Source of the DNA: Clostridiaceae bacterium
GTDB taxonomy: Bacteria > Bacillota > Clostridia > Saccharofermentanales > DTU023
DNA length: 64,000 nt
Assembly: GCA_012799695.1 (NCBI GenBank)
Contig: JAAZKT010000001.1
Location: 17,658-81,657 of the forward strand
Direction: 5' to 3'
The notes under the pieces are model-generated. The model worked only from the letters and a program-made list of their open reading frames with translations, did not search any database and had not been told where the DNA came from. This document shows positions 42,189 through 53,383 of this stretch, one piece after another (within the stretch, counting starts at the first letter, position 1; every line of letters starts with the position of its first letter). The position numbers and the translations under genes were made by a program.

Positions 42189-42776
42189 ATGAATTATTTG
42201 GATGCATTGAAAACCAGAAGATCACACTATGCACTGAAGAACACCATCACGGTGCCGGAAGAAAAAGTTATTGAAGTCATCACAGATAGTATCAAGCACA
42301 CGCCGAGTCCATATAATACGCAAACCACCAGAGCGATGATTCTCCTTGGGGAAAATCATAAAAAACTCTGGAATATCGTTAAAGAAGTGCTTTTGGCAAG
42401 GATCGGTCCGGAAAGATTTGTCAAGACGGAGGCTAAAATCGATAAAAGCTTTATGTCAGGGTACGGAACTGTGCTCTTCTTTATCGATGATGCAGAAGTG
42501 GAAAAATACGCTAAAGATATTAGTGAAAAATTCTACGGCTGGGCAAATGAAAGTGCGGGCATGGCACAAATCAATGTATGGAACGGTCTTAGCAGCTTAG
42601 GTCTAGGCGCCAGTCTTCAGCACTACAATCCGATTATCGATGACAAGACTAAGATCGCCTTTGACATCCCCGAGAGCTGGAAGCTGATTTCACAAATGCC
42701 CTTCGGGGATATTACAGAGGCTCCGGGAGCAAAAGTATTTAAGGACATTAACGAAATAGTCAGAGTGAAAAAATAG
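42189..42776 (+). CDS. Nitroreductase-family protein
   Basis: A 195-aa protein starting LKTRRSHYAL with the sequence TPSPYNTQTTRAMIL, which is the typical nitroreductase fold signature. Confidence 0.8.
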   Translation: MNYLDALKTRRSHYALKNTITVPEEKVIEVITDSIKHTPSPYNTQTTRAMILLGENHKKLWNIVKEVLLARIGPERFVKTEAKIDKSFMSGYGTVLFFIDDAEVEKYAKDISEKFYGWANESAGMAQINVWNGLSSLGLGASLQHYNPIIDDKTKIAFDIPESWKLISQMPFGDITEAPGAKVFKDINEIVRVKK

Positions 42777-42804
42777 AAAATACTTTAAGGACTGTGAATG
42801 ATTT

Positions 42805-42830
42805 AGGGGACACTTTCGTGTCCCCTTTCA
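42805..42830. terminator. Hairpin terminator between the convergent nitroreductase and V-ATPase D genes
   Basis: AGGGGACAC, the loop TTTC and GTGTCCCCT, followed by TTCACTTT on the plus strand. The tail is weaker on the minus strand. Confidence 0.6.
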
Positions 42831-42835
42831 CTTTG

Positions 42836-43528
42836 TTATGATCGATTCAGACGCCTAGCCTCCGACTGTTGTCGGCGCTTTTCAATCTCCTGTTCGACAA
42901 TCATATCTTTGACTTTCATCAAGCGCGTCAAGTTGCCGCGTTCGTTTTCTTCCATTTTCATCGTGATGGAATGAATGGTTTCTTCGAGGTTCGGAATCAT
43001 GACGTACTCGAGAGAGTTGACGCGCCGTCTCGTGCGCTCAATCTCCGCGGCGAGCAAGCTTGATTTATGTTCGTATGTCGCCAATTGCATGAGAAGCGGA
43101 AGCGCTTCGGCAAGCGTATCAATCGGCTGATCCAATTCGCCCGATGCCACTGTCATACCGTACGGAAGGTTACGATTTGATACGTCGGCGATTTCCTCCG
43201 GCACGTGAAAGATAGGTGTACGGACACTCATCGTATTTTCACGACTCACGGTAACCGTAAGTTCGCCCGAACCTTCGGTCATAAGTGCCGCATTAACTGT
43301 CTCATCTCCGATTACGGCACGTGCGAACAACATTTCTTTGTGTGAACGCTCGACGAGCGCCTCAGCCTTGAGGCGCATTTCGTCAACTTCCAAAACGAGC
43401 GCTAAAAACTGACGCATTAACTCGTCACGCTTGTCTTTGAGGAGTTTATGACCGCGCCTCGCGATGCGAAGCTGCCCGCGCAAGCGCAGCAACTCCATCC
43501 TGTTCGGATTGACGCGCATCACAGCCAT
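42836..43528 (-). CDS. ntpD: V-type ATP synthase subunit D
   Basis: A 230-aa coiled-coil protein starting MRVNPNRMELLRL, which is typical of subunit D. It is the last gene of the operon. Confidence 0.9.
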   Translation of the reverse strand: MAVMRVNPNRMELLRLRGQLRIARRGHKLLKDKRDELMRQFLALVLEVDEMRLKAEALVERSHKEMLFARAVIGDETVNAALMTEGSGELTVTVSRENTMSVRTPIFHVPEEIADVSNRNLPYGMTVASGELDQPIDTLAEALPLLMQLATYEHKSSLLAAEIERTRRRVNSLEYVMIPNLEETIHSITMKMEENERGNLTRLMKVKDMIVEQEIEKRRQQSEARRLNRS

Positions 43529-44919
43529 TATTCACAAGCCTCCGCTTCTTCCCAGATATAGAACTCGTCAATGTACTCCTGACGCACTCGCTTCAATTCA
43601 TTGGCAGGGAGCATCGAGAGAAGTTCCCATCCGATCGCAAGCGTCTCTTCGATCGATCGATCCGTATCGAAACCTTGGGAAACATACTGCTCTTCAAACG
43701 CAACTGAGAACTTTGAATACTCAAGATCAATCTCGCTCAACGCTTCTTCACCGAGAATAATCTGAAGGTCACGCGCCTCTTTTCCGCGCGAGTAAGCGGC
43801 GAACAGCTGGTTCATCGTATCGGCATGATCTTTACGCGTTTTGCCTGCACCGATTCCCTTATCCTTGAGACGTGATAGAGAAGGAAGCACGTCGATCGGC
43901 GGTTGAATGCCGCGGCGGTAGAGATCGCGCGACAAGATGACCTGTCCCTCCGTAATGTAACCCGTCAAGTCGGGAATGGGGTGCGTCTTATCGTCGTCCG
44001 GCATCGTCAAAATAGGCACGAACGTAATCGAACCTCTCTTTTCCTTAATGCGTCCGGCACGCTCATAAATGCTCGCAAGGTCCGTATAGAGATATCCCGG
44101 GTAACCGCGTCGTCCGGGAACTTCCTTTCGCGCGGCAGATACTTCACGTAACGCCTCAGCGTAATATGTAATGTCAGTCATCAAGACGAGGACATGCATA
44201 TCGAGTTCGAATGCCAGATACTCAGCAGCTGTCAATGCCATGCGAGGTGTCGAAATACGCTCAATCGCCGGGTCGTCCGCCAAATTGATGAACATGACGG
44301 CGCGGTCGATCGCGCCCGTTCTTCTGAAATCGCTGATAAAGAAATCGGCTTCCTCGAACGTAATGCCGATGGCAGCGAAAACGACTGCGAACTGCTCTTC
44401 GCTGTTGAGAACTTCCGCTTGTCGCGCGATCTGTGCCGCCAGTTGCGCATGAGGGAGACCGGCTCCCGAGAAGATAGGCAACTTCTGGCCGCGTACGAGC
44501 GTATTCAGGCCGTCGATCGCCGACACGCCTGTTTGGATAAATTCGTTCGGATAGTCACGCGCGGCAGGATTGATGGGAAGTCCGTTCACATCACACATCG
44601 CATCGGGGATGATGTCGAGTCCGCCGTCATTCGGTCTGCCCATACCGTCGAAAACGCGTCCGAGCATATCAGGAGAAACGGCGAGTTCAAGTCCTCTTCC
44701 TAAGAAGCGGACGGTACTCTGCTCAACATTCAAACCGATCGAACTCTCAAACAACTGCACGAGGGCGTCGGTACCCTCAACTTCCAAGACCTTGCAGTTG
44801 CGAATCTGCCCATCCGCCAATTCGATTTCGCCCAGCTCGTCGTACTTGACGTTCTCGACGCCTCTGACGAGCATCAGAGGACCGGTGACTTCTTCGATTG
44901 TTCTGTATTCTCTAGCCAT
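43528..44919 (-). CDS. ntpB: V-type ATP synthase subunit B
   Basis: A 463-aa protein starting [15 protein letters not shown], with the motifs [10 protein letters not shown] and [14 protein letters not shown]. Confidence 0.95.
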   Translation of the reverse strand: MAREYRTIEEVTGPLMLVRGVENVKYDELGEIELADGQIRNCKVLEVEGTDALVQLFESSIGLNVEQSTVRFLGRGLELAVSPDMLGRVFDGMGRPNDGGLDIIPDAMCDVNGLPINPAARDYPNEFIQTGVSAIDGLNTLVRGQKLPIFSGAGLPHAQLAAQIARQAEVLNSEEQFAVVFAAIGITFEEADFFISDFRRTGAIDRAVMFINLADDPAIERISTPRMALTAAEYLAFELDMHVLVLMTDITYYAEALREVSAARKEVPGRRGYPGYLYTDLASIYERAGRIKEKRGSITFVPILTMPDDDKTHPIPDLTGYITEGQVILSRDLYRRGIQPPIDVLPSLSRLKDKGIGAGKTRKDHADTMNQLFAAYSRGKEARDLQIILGEEALSEIDLEYSKFSVAFEEQYVSQGFDTDRSIEETLAIGWELLSMLPANELKRVRQEYIDEFYIWEEAEACE

Positions 44920-44933
44920 ATCTGTCTCCGTTC

Positions 44934-46706
44934 TTAATCGGATAACGCTCTCATCTCATCAAGCAGCTGTTCACTGCGAAGTACATACCAGTTGTCGACT
45001 TCCTGTTCGGGAACATACTTAAAGCGAGCAATATCATCGCGAATCGGCAATCCCACCATACGGTCAAAATCGACGCCGCGTTCGAGAGCCTTTTGCGCCT
45101 CATAATAGAATTGCATGACGAGCGATAACATTTTGAATTGTTTATTCATCGACGTGTACGTGTCAATCTCGTCAAAGGAGTTCTGGTGCAGGAAGTCCTC
45201 GCGCAACGAGCGCGCCGATTCTAGCTTAAGGCGATCGGTATCTGATAGGGCATCCTGTCCGATAAGGCGTACAATCTCCTCAAGCTCCGATTCTTCCTGA
45301 AGCAACGTCATGGCGTCAACGCGCAATTTGCTGAATTCGGGAGCGATGTTGTCGTTGAGCCAGGCGTCAACTTTAGTCTGATAGAGCGAATAGCTCGTCA
45401 GCCAGTTGATCGCGGGGAAGTGACGTCTGTAAGCCAAATCAGAGTCGAGACTCCAGAACACCTGAACGATACGCAAAGTCGATTGGGCGACGGGGTCGGA
45501 AAGGTCACCGCCGGGAGGCGAAACGGCGCCGATCGCCGTCAACACACCGACGCGCTCCTCATCGTCACTGCTCAGACAGCGGACAATACCGGCTCTCTCG
45601 TAGAAAGAGGCAAGCCTCGAACCGAGGTAAGCGGGATATCCCTCCTCACCGGGCATCTCTTCCAGACGACCGGACATCTCGCGAAGCGCCTCCGCCCATC
45701 TCGATGTGGAGTCCGCCATCAGCGAGACGGAGTATCCCATGTCTCGGAAATATTCGGCGATGGTAATCCCCGTATAAATCGACGCCTCACGAGCAGCGAC
45801 AGGCATATCAGACGTGTTGGCGATCAGAATCGTGCGCTTCATTAATGAGTAACCCGTCTTAGGGTCGGGCAACTTAGGGAACTCCATCAGCACGTCCGTC
45901 ATCTCATTGCCGCGCTCCCCGCAACCAATGTATACAACGACGTCTGCTTCCGCCCATTTTGCGAGCTGATGCTGAATAACCGTCTTACCGCTCCCAAACG
46001 GACCCGGAACTGCTGCCGTTCCGCCCTTGGCAACAGGGAAAAATGTATCGATGGGGCGTTGTCCTGTGAAAAGCGGAGCCGTCGGCGACATCTTCTCAAC
46101 GTAGGGGCGTCCGATACGCACAGGCCAACGTTGCAACAACGTGATCTCCTCGCGGGCCCCTCGATCGGTCTCCAGTATGGCGACAACATCCGTCACCTTG
46201 AAAACGCCTGATTGAATCTCGACGATCGTACCGGCTTTCCCCGGTGGAATCATGACGCGGTGCTCGAGAATCTCCGTCTCTTGGACGACACCGATGATGT
46301 CGCCGCCCGTTACACGATCGCCCGGCTTGCATCGAGCCGTAAACTCCCACTCTTTCTCGCGGTCAAGCGCGGGAGCGAACGCACCGCGCGTGATGTGGTC
46401 ACCTTCCATCGCTACAAGCGTATCAAGCGGTCTCTGAATACCGTCGAAAATACCGCCGATCAAGCCCGGTCCGAGCTCGACGGAAAGCGGTGCGCCCCTT
46501 GAAACGACAATCTCGCCGGGACCTAAGCCAGCCGTCTCTTCGTAGACTTGAATGGAAGCCTCATCACCGTGCATTTCGATGATTTCACCGATCAGGCGAC
46601 TTTCAGATACTTCGACCACGTCGAACATATCGGCGTCCCGCATACCTTTTGCAATGACGAGAGGACCTGAAACCTTAATAACTTCACCCTGACTTTGTCT
46701 TTTCAT
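44934..46706 (-). CDS. ntpA: V-type ATP synthase catalytic subunit A
   Basis: A 590-aa protein with Walker [10 protein letters not shown] and the motifs [11 protein letters not shown] and [30 protein letters not shown]. Confidence 0.95.
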   Translation of the reverse strand: MKRQSQGEVIKVSGPLVIAKGMRDADMFDVVEVSESRLIGEIIEMHGDEASIQVYEETAGLGPGEIVVSRGAPLSVELGPGLIGGIFDGIQRPLDTLVAMEGDHITRGAFAPALDREKEWEFTARCKPGDRVTGGDIIGVVQETEILEHRVMIPPGKAGTIVEIQSGVFKVTDVVAILETDRGAREEITLLQRWPVRIGRPYVEKMSPTAPLFTGQRPIDTFFPVAKGGTAAVPGPFGSGKTVIQHQLAKWAEADVVVYIGCGERGNEMTDVLMEFPKLPDPKTGYSLMKRTILIANTSDMPVAAREASIYTGITIAEYFRDMGYSVSLMADSTSRWAEALREMSGRLEEMPGEEGYPAYLGSRLASFYERAGIVRCLSSDDEERVGVLTAIGAVSPPGGDLSDPVAQSTLRIVQVFWSLDSDLAYRRHFPAINWLTSYSLYQTKVDAWLNDNIAPEFSKLRVDAMTLLQEESELEEIVRLIGQDALSDTDRLKLESARSLREDFLHQNSFDEIDTYTSMNKQFKMLSLVMQFYYEAQKALERGVDFDRMVGLPIRDDIARFKYVPEQEVDNWYVLRSEQLLDEMRALSD

Positions 46707-46815
46707 GGATGACTCCTCTTAACAATTACTCACTCTTCTTATGCTCAAATCGAGCTCACTGCCCCACAGACATCCAAAGCTCGAATAATATCTTTACCGA
46801 CAATAAGAACCCGCT

Positions 46816-47181
46816 TTACGTATCGCACTCCTGTATGTCGCGTCGTGTTCGTTCACGTTGCCCGATCAAATCGATACCTGTTGCCTTTCTTATCGCGGTT
46901 CTCAGCTCATGACGGCCAAGAAACGGTTCAAGACCTGCGGACGGTATCACGATCACCGCTGGAAGATAGCGAAGACGCCAATCGGCAAGGCGTTCTCCCA
47001 TGACTTGAGCCAACGCTTCCGTCACGAAGACAACAGCATATCCATCTTCCGTCCACGCATTCAGAACGGTATCCGCCTCATCCGCGGTCGACACTTCAGC
47101 AATCGACAACCCGAGTGCGCGGAACCCCGCGATGCTCTCCCAGTCACCGATAACACCGACTTTTTGTTCCATGCGATCCAT
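46816..47181 (-). CDS. ntpG: V-type ATP synthase subunit F
   Basis: A 121-aa protein with the pattern KVGVIGDWESIAGFRALG, positioned between the C and A subunit genes. Confidence 0.8.
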   Translation of the reverse strand: MDRMEQKVGVIGDWESIAGFRALGLSIAEVSTADEADTVLNAWTEDGYAVVFVTEALAQVMGERLADWRLRYLPAVIVIPSAGLEPFLGRHELRTAIRKATGIDLIGQRERTRRDIQECDT

Positions 47182-47196
47182 TTACCATTCCTTTTG

Positions 47197-48243
47197 TCAG
47201 CTAAAATCACGCCTTAATGCGATCAATTCTTCTTCACCCAATTCATTGGCGAGAGCCGAAAGAACCATTTTCACATTGCGAATTTCCAATTCTCGCGCCA
47301 TGATGTAAGACAACACGCGTTCGGGACCTGACAGTTGTTCCTTCCCGGTCGAAAGATGCCCGTAAAGCAAGATGTCACGCTCGCGCGAAAAATTAGATGC
47401 GCCCCCTTGCTCACCATATGAACTGATTAAAGGAATCATCGAGCCGTAAGGCGTCATCTCCAGCTGTTCGGCGATCTCATCGTCACTCCGCCCGTATAAT
47501 GCTCTCCACTGCTCTTCGGGAATCAAGCCTCCGGGCAGAAGGCTGGCATTGTATAGCGTCTCATTCACTCGGCGCAGGCGACTTCTGACGAGCGTTTCAA
47601 GATTGGTAAGATCGCGCGTCATTGTCATATACTTCCCAAACCAGCAACTGTCGAGTTCAGACGCGATGGCGCTGAGTATTTCGTGTAGTCGTCGCTCAAC
47701 AGCCAAATCAATCGAAACTGCATCGTAATGTTCGGCGTAGGCAAGACGCGCTTTTTCCGCTATCGAAGTGACCCACTCGGGAAGCAACGCATCTTTTTCA
47801 CGAGCAACAAGCGCGCGCCACAGCAACTCTGGATCGACCAACGAAGGCGTCCTAATGAGTTTCGCAAGAGATTCAAAATCTCCCGCCTCTTCCCCGCGCA
47901 AGCTTTCTCGCAACATGACGCGCACGTTGTGCGCATCGGCGGGTAACAAAAGAGCGACGCGATACCCGTCCTCGGGAGCAACTTCGCCGAGCAACTCGTA
48001 AAGCCCAATATGTGCAGCTTGCAACGTTTCTACGACAGAGTCTTTTTGCGGGTAATGGTGCTCCAAGAGCAACCCGCGAATGTCATCAAGCGATGTGACA
48101 CCGTAAAGACGATCAAGCCCGGAACGTCCGAACAAATCTCTTTCGAGCACCCAAATTCTGCCCGATGCGTGTGCCCATGAACCGTATCGCTGCACCTCAA
48201 TGACGGGCGTTATGACTTCACGCAACTGCGACTTTTTGCCCAT
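47197..48243 (-). CDS. ntpC: V-type ATP synthase subunit C (d-like)
   Basis: A 348-aa all-helical protein. The call rests on operon position and size. Confidence 0.75.
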   Translation of the reverse strand: MGKKSQLREVITPVIEVQRYGSWAHASGRIWVLERDLFGRSGLDRLYGVTSLDDIRGLLLEHHYPQKDSVVETLQAAHIGLYELLGEVAPEDGYRVALLLPADAHNVRVMLRESLRGEEAGDFESLAKLIRTPSLVDPELLWRALVAREKDALLPEWVTSIAEKARLAYAEHYDAVSIDLAVERRLHEILSAIASELDSCWFGKYMTMTRDLTNLETLVRSRLRRVNETLYNASLLPGGLIPEEQWRALYGRSDDEIAEQLEMTPYGSMIPLISSYGEQGGASNFSRERDILLYGHLSTGKEQLSGPERVLSYIMARELEIRNVKMVLSALANELGEEELIALRRDFS

Positions 48244-48328
48244 TCAATCACTCCGACAACCTAAACAACCACGACGACGATAAAACCGGCTTCAACCGAT
48301 TACCGTCCGATGACTTCGGGACATTGCG

Positions 48329-48907
48329 CTACCCCAACTTGTCAAAGGCAAGTCGAGCCAATTCCGGTCGGTGGTCACGCACTGCGAGATCATACGTCAA
48401 GTTATCCTGTACGCGACCGTGTGCGACCATCAGCCCGCCCGTAAAATCGCCTTCTTCCTCGGCAATCGAAAACCGTCCGCCGGGAAGTGCCTTCAGCAGT
48501 GCACCGCCGAGCGCCGTTTTTTCATTTGCGGAAAGCGTGATAACACCTTCCCCAATATTCAAGGCGTGAATCCAATCAGCGTATCGAGCGACGCGCTTCT
48601 CCGGTGGCTCTTGCAACAACTTGTCGAGAGCACGCGTAATCACCTCATCGACGATTTCTTGCTTGCCCGCGAGATCTCGCTTACGCCTCTCGGCGTCGGC
48701 AATGCTTTCACCTCTCTTTACAAGCAAGTCAGCGTCGTGATCGGCGCGCTCTTTTGCCTCCGCCAGAATTTTCTGACATTCTCTCTCGCACTCGAGCGTT
48801 TCTTTCTCGACAAGCTGACGCGATTCCTCCTCGATGGATCGAACGGTGCGATCGGCTTCCGCCAAGATGTGGTTTTTGATTCTTTCGATACCTTCCACCT
48901 CTAGCAC
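48329..48907 (-). CDS. ntpE: V-type ATP synthase subunit E
   Basis: A 192-aa protein with a charged N-terminal coiled coil and a globular C-terminus. It has a GTG start, and its operon position fits. Confidence 0.75.
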   Translation of the reverse strand: MLEVEGIERIKNHILAEADRTVRSIEEESRQLVEKETLECERECQKILAEAKERADHDADLLVKRGESIADAERRKRDLAGKQEIVDEVITRALDKLLQEPPEKRVARYADWIHALNIGEGVITLSANEKTALGGALLKALPGGRFSIAEEEGDFTGGLMVAHGRVQDNLTYDLAVRDHRPELARLAFDKLG

Positions 48908-48935
48908 CCCGTTTCAAAAGAGCTGATCATCAGGA

Positions 48936-49412
48936 TCAGACCGCGACACTGAGTACGCCGAGGATAGTTGCGAGCAATGCCAAAATCGCGTATGTCTCAA
49001 CCATGACGGCAAGGACGATTGCGTTACCGCTCGCTTGCGGCTGTTTCGTCAAGAGCGCCATGCCTCCTTCGGCAACATTGCCCTGGTGGAAAGCAGAAAG
49101 CAAACCGACAACGGCAACGGGAAGAGCGGCGAGCAAAAACAGAAATCCCTGCTGCACACTGATGTTCAAATTCCCCGACATCACCCCCGACTGGTTCATG
49201 ATCATAAACCATCCGAGAAGACCGTAGATGCCCTGCGTCCCGGGAAGCGCCTGCAAAATGAGCAACCGCCCGAAAAGAGAAGGATCTTCCGCCAGAATGC
49301 CGGTTGCGGTTTGTCCCAACCTACCCACGACCTTCGCAGACCCATAACCGGGCAGGATGACGGCGATCGCCGATGCCAAATAAACTAGAAGTGGTCCAAT
49401 GATGCTTGACAT
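48936..49412 (-). CDS. ntpK: V-type ATP synthase subunit K (proteolipid, double hairpin)
   Basis: A 158-aa protein with four hydrophobic helices and a conserved carboxylate in the last hairpin (LAVMVETYAILAL). Confidence 0.9.
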   Translation of the reverse strand: MSSIIGPLLVYLASAIAVILPGYGSAKVVGRLGQTATGILAEDPSLFGRLLILQALPGTQGIYGLLGWFMIMNQSGVMSGNLNISVQQGFLFLLAALPVAVVGLLSAFHQGNVAEGGMALLTKQPQASGNAIVLAVMVETYAILALLATILGVLSVAV

Positions 49413-49539
49413 TGTTTTCCTCCATATACGTCAACTATTACGTTGACAATTATTCCATCTCCCTGCTCACGCAGGTCCTTACAAGAAGCTTGCTGTCGTG
49501 CTCACTTCCCTTTTGCGAACAAGCCGATTTCCCGATGCG

Positions 49540-51534
49540 TCATGCGTTAGGAACCGAATCGCCCGTGTTTTTATCTATCCTTACATACTCCGTCCTGCGA
49601 CGAAGCGGATTCCAAAATGAACCGCCACCCTCAAAAAACTTTCCGAACAGCTCTACATACTGAAGACGGCTCGTATGAACAAAAGCGGATAGTGCGGATA
49701 GCGCCAAATTCAGTGAGTGACCAAAAATGCCGATCAAGGTGAAAGCGATGTAACCAAGCAACGTATGCCCGAACAACATACCGAGCATGTTCACGACGGC
49801 AGCGATGACGCTCGTGGCAAGCACAAGAGCCAAAATCCTTGAGTACGACAAAATATCACTTAGCCAACCTGTAATGTTGTACAGGGCTCCGAGCCCTTTC
49901 ATCAGGCGCTTGAACGGGTTCCTGATGCCGTGTCCCGCGAATATGAGCGCAAAAGCGGCACCGGCTATCACCAGCCATTTACCGATCTCGCCGAGTAGAA
50001 GAGCTGTATGCGGATCACTTGTAAGAGCTCCCTTACCTAGAAGGAGACCTAGGCCGGGAATGATGAGATACCAGGGAACCGTCACTCCGAGCCCACCCAT
50101 CAAATTGCCTTTTAGCCACTCGTTGCGAATCTGGAGCGCCATACCGAAGAATAAATGAATGACACCGAACACCATGCTGAACAAAAGAAGTTGCGTCGGC
50201 GAATCCATCGGATTAAACCAAAGCGTGGGAAAGTTAGCTTTTCCCTGAGAGACGACCGTTACGAGATCACCGAAAAATCCGCCAAAGATAAATCCCCAAA
50301 TAACAGAAGAAATTCCCGAAATCAACAACATGGAGCAAAGCTGACGCATATTGCCTTCGACTTTCTTTTTGAACAGCATGTAGGCTGTCATGATTACGAG
50401 CATAGACCCGTAACCGACATCGCTCAACATCATGCCGAACAAGATCATATAGAACGGTGCCAAAACCGGCATCGGATCGGATTCCTGACTGTTTGGTGCA
50501 CCGTACATCTCAAGTATGACGTTGAACGCGCTGACGAATCGATTGTTCTTTAACTTGACCGGCGTCTCTTCCCCCTCTTCCGCAGGCTTTACCAAACAGG
50601 CAATGTCATACTGATCCGTCAATTCTCGGGTAATACGCTCCGCATCACTCTGTGGCACCCACCCTTTAAGCACGAAGGTGTATTGCGTTGCATGAACTTT
50701 CTCATCGGCAGCATTTTTATCGTAGCGTACAAGGAGAAAATCGTGGTACGTCATCAGGAGGGGCAAGCCTTCCGCGATCTCGCGCAATTCGTCTTGGACT
50801 TTACGCAACTCGTCTTTTTTAGCGGTTACCTTTTCATCCAAATCTTTCATCGTATCGGAAGCAGACCCTGTGAAAGGCAAATCGGGAATCTCATGGAAAT
50901 CGGATGCCGCGATTCTGGCGCGAATGCGAGGCAACTGTTCATTGATCGTGACAATCGCTACCTTCGCAGGAAACTTCGCATCCTCATCTAAAATAAAAGC
51001 AGACGCCAGTGGCAGGTCGCGTGCCACATCGCGCTCAAACGCATCAAACGCCGTCGCGTCACGGAACACGCCGTAAATGATCGTTGTCTTGTTCGTATTC
51101 CTAACAGTCAAATCGATGGGAATGTCGACCCACGGCATGAGCTGTTCCGCTTGATCGTGGAGAACGGAAAGCGAGAGGTCAAGCGCTTCCTCCTCGCGAA
51201 GCAATGTCTCATAACGATTGAGTTGCCTTTGCGCTTTTGATTCGTCTTTTTCCGTGATGGCGAAAGCTTCTTCCGATACGAGAAGTTTTTTGCCGACGAG
51301 ATGTCTCGCCTCCGGAAAGCGCGCCGAAAGACCTGAAATCGCACGTTTCAAACGGGCACGCAAATCGAGATTGGAAGCATACGCCATCGAGCGTGTGGAC
51401 TCGCCCTCCGCTTTGTCCTCAATGACCTCGACACCCCCCATCTTTATGAGTGCGTCCAAGACACCCGTACGATCCCCGTGTAAACCGACGATCGTCAATT
51501 TGCTCATTTTAACGATGCTCAAGGAGAGATACAA
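49540..51534 (-). CDS. ntpI: V-type ATP synthase subunit I (a-like stator/ion channel)
   Basis: A 664-aa protein with a soluble N-terminal half and a C-terminal TM bundle carrying the essential Arg region (LSYSRILALVLA). The N-terminus SIVKMSKLTIVG matches the usual AIVKM.K start, so the long start is kept. Confidence 0.9.
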   Translation of the reverse strand: MYLSLSIVKMSKLTIVGLHGDRTGVLDALIKMGGVEVIEDKAEGESTRSMAYASNLDLRARLKRAISGLSARFPEARHLVGKKLLVSEEAFAITEKDESKAQRQLNRYETLLREEEALDLSLSVLHDQAEQLMPWVDIPIDLTVRNTNKTTIIYGVFRDATAFDAFERDVARDLPLASAFILDEDAKFPAKVAIVTINEQLPRIRARIAASDFHEIPDLPFTGSASDTMKDLDEKVTAKKDELRKVQDELREIAEGLPLLMTYHDFLLVRYDKNAADEKVHATQYTFVLKGWVPQSDAERITRELTDQYDIACLVKPAEEGEETPVKLKNNRFVSAFNVILEMYGAPNSQESDPMPVLAPFYMILFGMMLSDVGYGSMLVIMTAYMLFKKKVEGNMRQLCSMLLISGISSVIWGFIFGGFFGDLVTVVSQGKANFPTLWFNPMDSPTQLLLFSMVFGVIHLFFGMALQIRNEWLKGNLMGGLGVTVPWYLIIPGLGLLLGKGALTSDPHTALLLGEIGKWLVIAGAAFALIFAGHGIRNPFKRLMKGLGALYNITGWLSDILSYSRILALVLATSVIAAVVNMLGMLFGHTLLGYIAFTLIGIFGHSLNLALSALSAFVHTSRLQYVELFGKFFEGGGSFWNPLRRRTEYVRIDKNTGDSVPNA

Positions 51535-51829
51535 TCCTTTCTGCTATGTCATCAGCCGCCCTGCTCAACTCGTCTTCAGACAACGATTCAAGCGGGCGCA
51601 CCGTAACGGACGATTGATCTGAAACGAGTTCTGTGTATCGGCTCTCCGCCTCATCGAGCGTTTTCTGCCTTATGGATGCGGCTTCACTGTACGCGTTGTC
51701 GATCCGCGCACTCGTCTCTTGACGTACGCGCTGTCGCTCCAGCTGGGCTACCTCGCGTGCTTTCTCAATGCGACTTGCCGCTTCAGCTTCTGTCTCTAAT
51801 ATTTCTTCCAGAAAATCGCGATCGGCCAC
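51509..51829 (-). CDS. ntpF: V-type ATP synthase small peripheral-stalk subunit (G/H-like, NtpF-type)
   Basis: A 106-aa charged coiled coil encoded by the first gene of the operon. Confidence 0.6.
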   Translation of the reverse strand: MADRDFLEEILETEAEAASRIEKAREVAQLERQRVRQETSARIDNAYSEAASIRQKTLDEAESRYTELVSDQSSVTVRPLESLSEDELSRAADDIAERIVSLLEHR

Positions 51830-52044
51830 TCGGCTTTCCTCCTCGATGAAACATGAAAAATGGCTAAATCCTTACCAAACATTGACATAATGCGCACACT
51901 ACATTTACTAACATTCGAACACTATAAGGCTATCATAAACAGCACCGAAACGAAAGAGGATTCTTGCAGGAAAACGGTAGATACAGCGTCATACTCTAAT
52001 AAAATGCCGTATAAACTAAATAATCATAAAGTGTTTACGTGCTT

Positions 52045-53298
52045 TCAAGAATTGCGTTCGAACGCGTTTCTTTTCTCCCAAATTATTCGCGTTAAATCCG
52101 TCATCATCGACGTAAACCCTTCTGACTCAGGGTAGAGACGCCACACCATTCCATCCGATGATACGTCTGCAAAGAAACCGATTGATGTATAGAGAGCCGG
52201 TGTCTCTCCCAGCGGGAAAAACATCTCACAACAGTCATCTTCGTCGGTAAAGAGAAGTCCATCACGCGCCAGCTTGCAGACGCCTTGACGTATCTTTTTT
52301 TCCGGAATTGTGTCATCTTCCGTAAGGCGCTCATGAAATTCGATCCGACACGGGTTGGACAGAATCTCTCCCTCTTCCAGTGCGCGCGCTAAACGAGAGC
52401 ACTGCCATTTTGCAAACTCAAGAGGATGGTCGAAGTACGGGCGCGAACCGTGTGCGGCGGTGAAAAAGCCTGTTAAATCAAGTCGAAATGCTTGCCCGCA
52501 ATGCCTGCAGGAAAGCCTGTGCTTGCCGCTTTCCATCGACATCGGGCGATCACAGGCGGGACACCAGTGACAGATACGCGCCAAGCCCTGTGCCGGCCTC
52601 ATCGAGAAATAGCGGACGGGACGTCTTCGTCTCAATTGCCAGTCATAATCTTCCGTCGTGATCGATTTAGTCAATCGGTTTTGTATTTCATCCAGCGACA
52701 ACTCGATGGTTTCTTCTGCCGTAAACAGAAGTCGCGTCTCCAACTCTATATGACCGGGGCGAAACATTTTCGCCCAACGTGGCCATCCGAGATAAACGCC
52801 ACGCGCGAGAACGGAAACGACGGGAACACGCAGATGTTTGATTAGTTTCGCCGTGCTGAGACCGAACGGTGTCAGATCGCCGGCTAATGAACGTTGCGTC
52901 TCCGGATACAAAGCGACAGACAAACCCGATCGGATGGACGCGATAATTTCGCGCGTCGTCGAATAACTGACGCGAAAAGGTTTAATCGGGATCATCGCAA
53001 GAGGTGCAAGGAGTTTTTTCAGAAGCTTACCGCTCGTTACCTCTATACCGGCAACAAAGCGAATCGAGAGTTTGTCGAGAGCGAGCAAACAGAAAATGGG
53101 ATCAAGATATGAGACGTGATTTCCTACGACAAAATACGGTCCGCCTTCTCTTGTGATCAGCGGGTCGCGTATATAGCGCACGCGAAACAACAATTTCGTT
53201 AAGATCCAGGCAATGACCAGGTATAATCGATAAATAAAGCGTTTAGGTGCTCTAACAGTTGATTGCGTTGAAATATCTGATGATTTTTCCGATCGCAT
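52045..53298 (-). CDS. PlsC-family acyltransferase (1-acyl-sn-glycerol-3-phosphate acyltransferase-like) with C-terminal Zn-ribbon extension
   Basis: HX4D motif GNHVSYLDP and the second block YPETQRS. The C-terminal half carries CHWCPACDRP...CRHCGQ (a four-Cys ribbon). Confidence 0.75.
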   Translation of the reverse strand: MRSEKSSDISTQSTVRAPKRFIYRLYLVIAWILTKLLFRVRYIRDPLITREGGPYFVVGNHVSYLDPIFCLLALDKLSIRFVAGIEVTSGKLLKKLLAPLAMIPIKPFRVSYSTTREIIASIRSGLSVALYPETQRSLAGDLTPFGLSTAKLIKHLRVPVVSVLARGVYLGWPRWAKMFRPGHIELETRLLFTAEETIELSLDEIQNRLTKSITTEDYDWQLRRRRPVRYFSMRPAQGLARICHWCPACDRPMSMESGKHRLSCRHCGQAFRLDLTGFFTAAHGSRPYFDHPLEFAKWQCSRLARALEEGEILSNPCRIEFHERLTEDDTIPEKKIRQGVCKLARDGLLFTDEDDCCEMFFPLGETPALYTSIGFFADVSSDGMVWRLYPESEGFTSMMTDLTRIIWEKRNAFERNS

Positions 53299-53383
53299 TG
53301 TGGCGCTCCTTTTTCATTTATGCCACATTATATTAACATCTTCACGTTACAGTAATGTCGAATAGGCGAAAACAAGCGCGATT

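Noticed and set aside
48371-48904. A 177-aa plus-strand ORF.
   Set aside because: It is antisense to V-ATPase subunit E inside a tightly packed operon.
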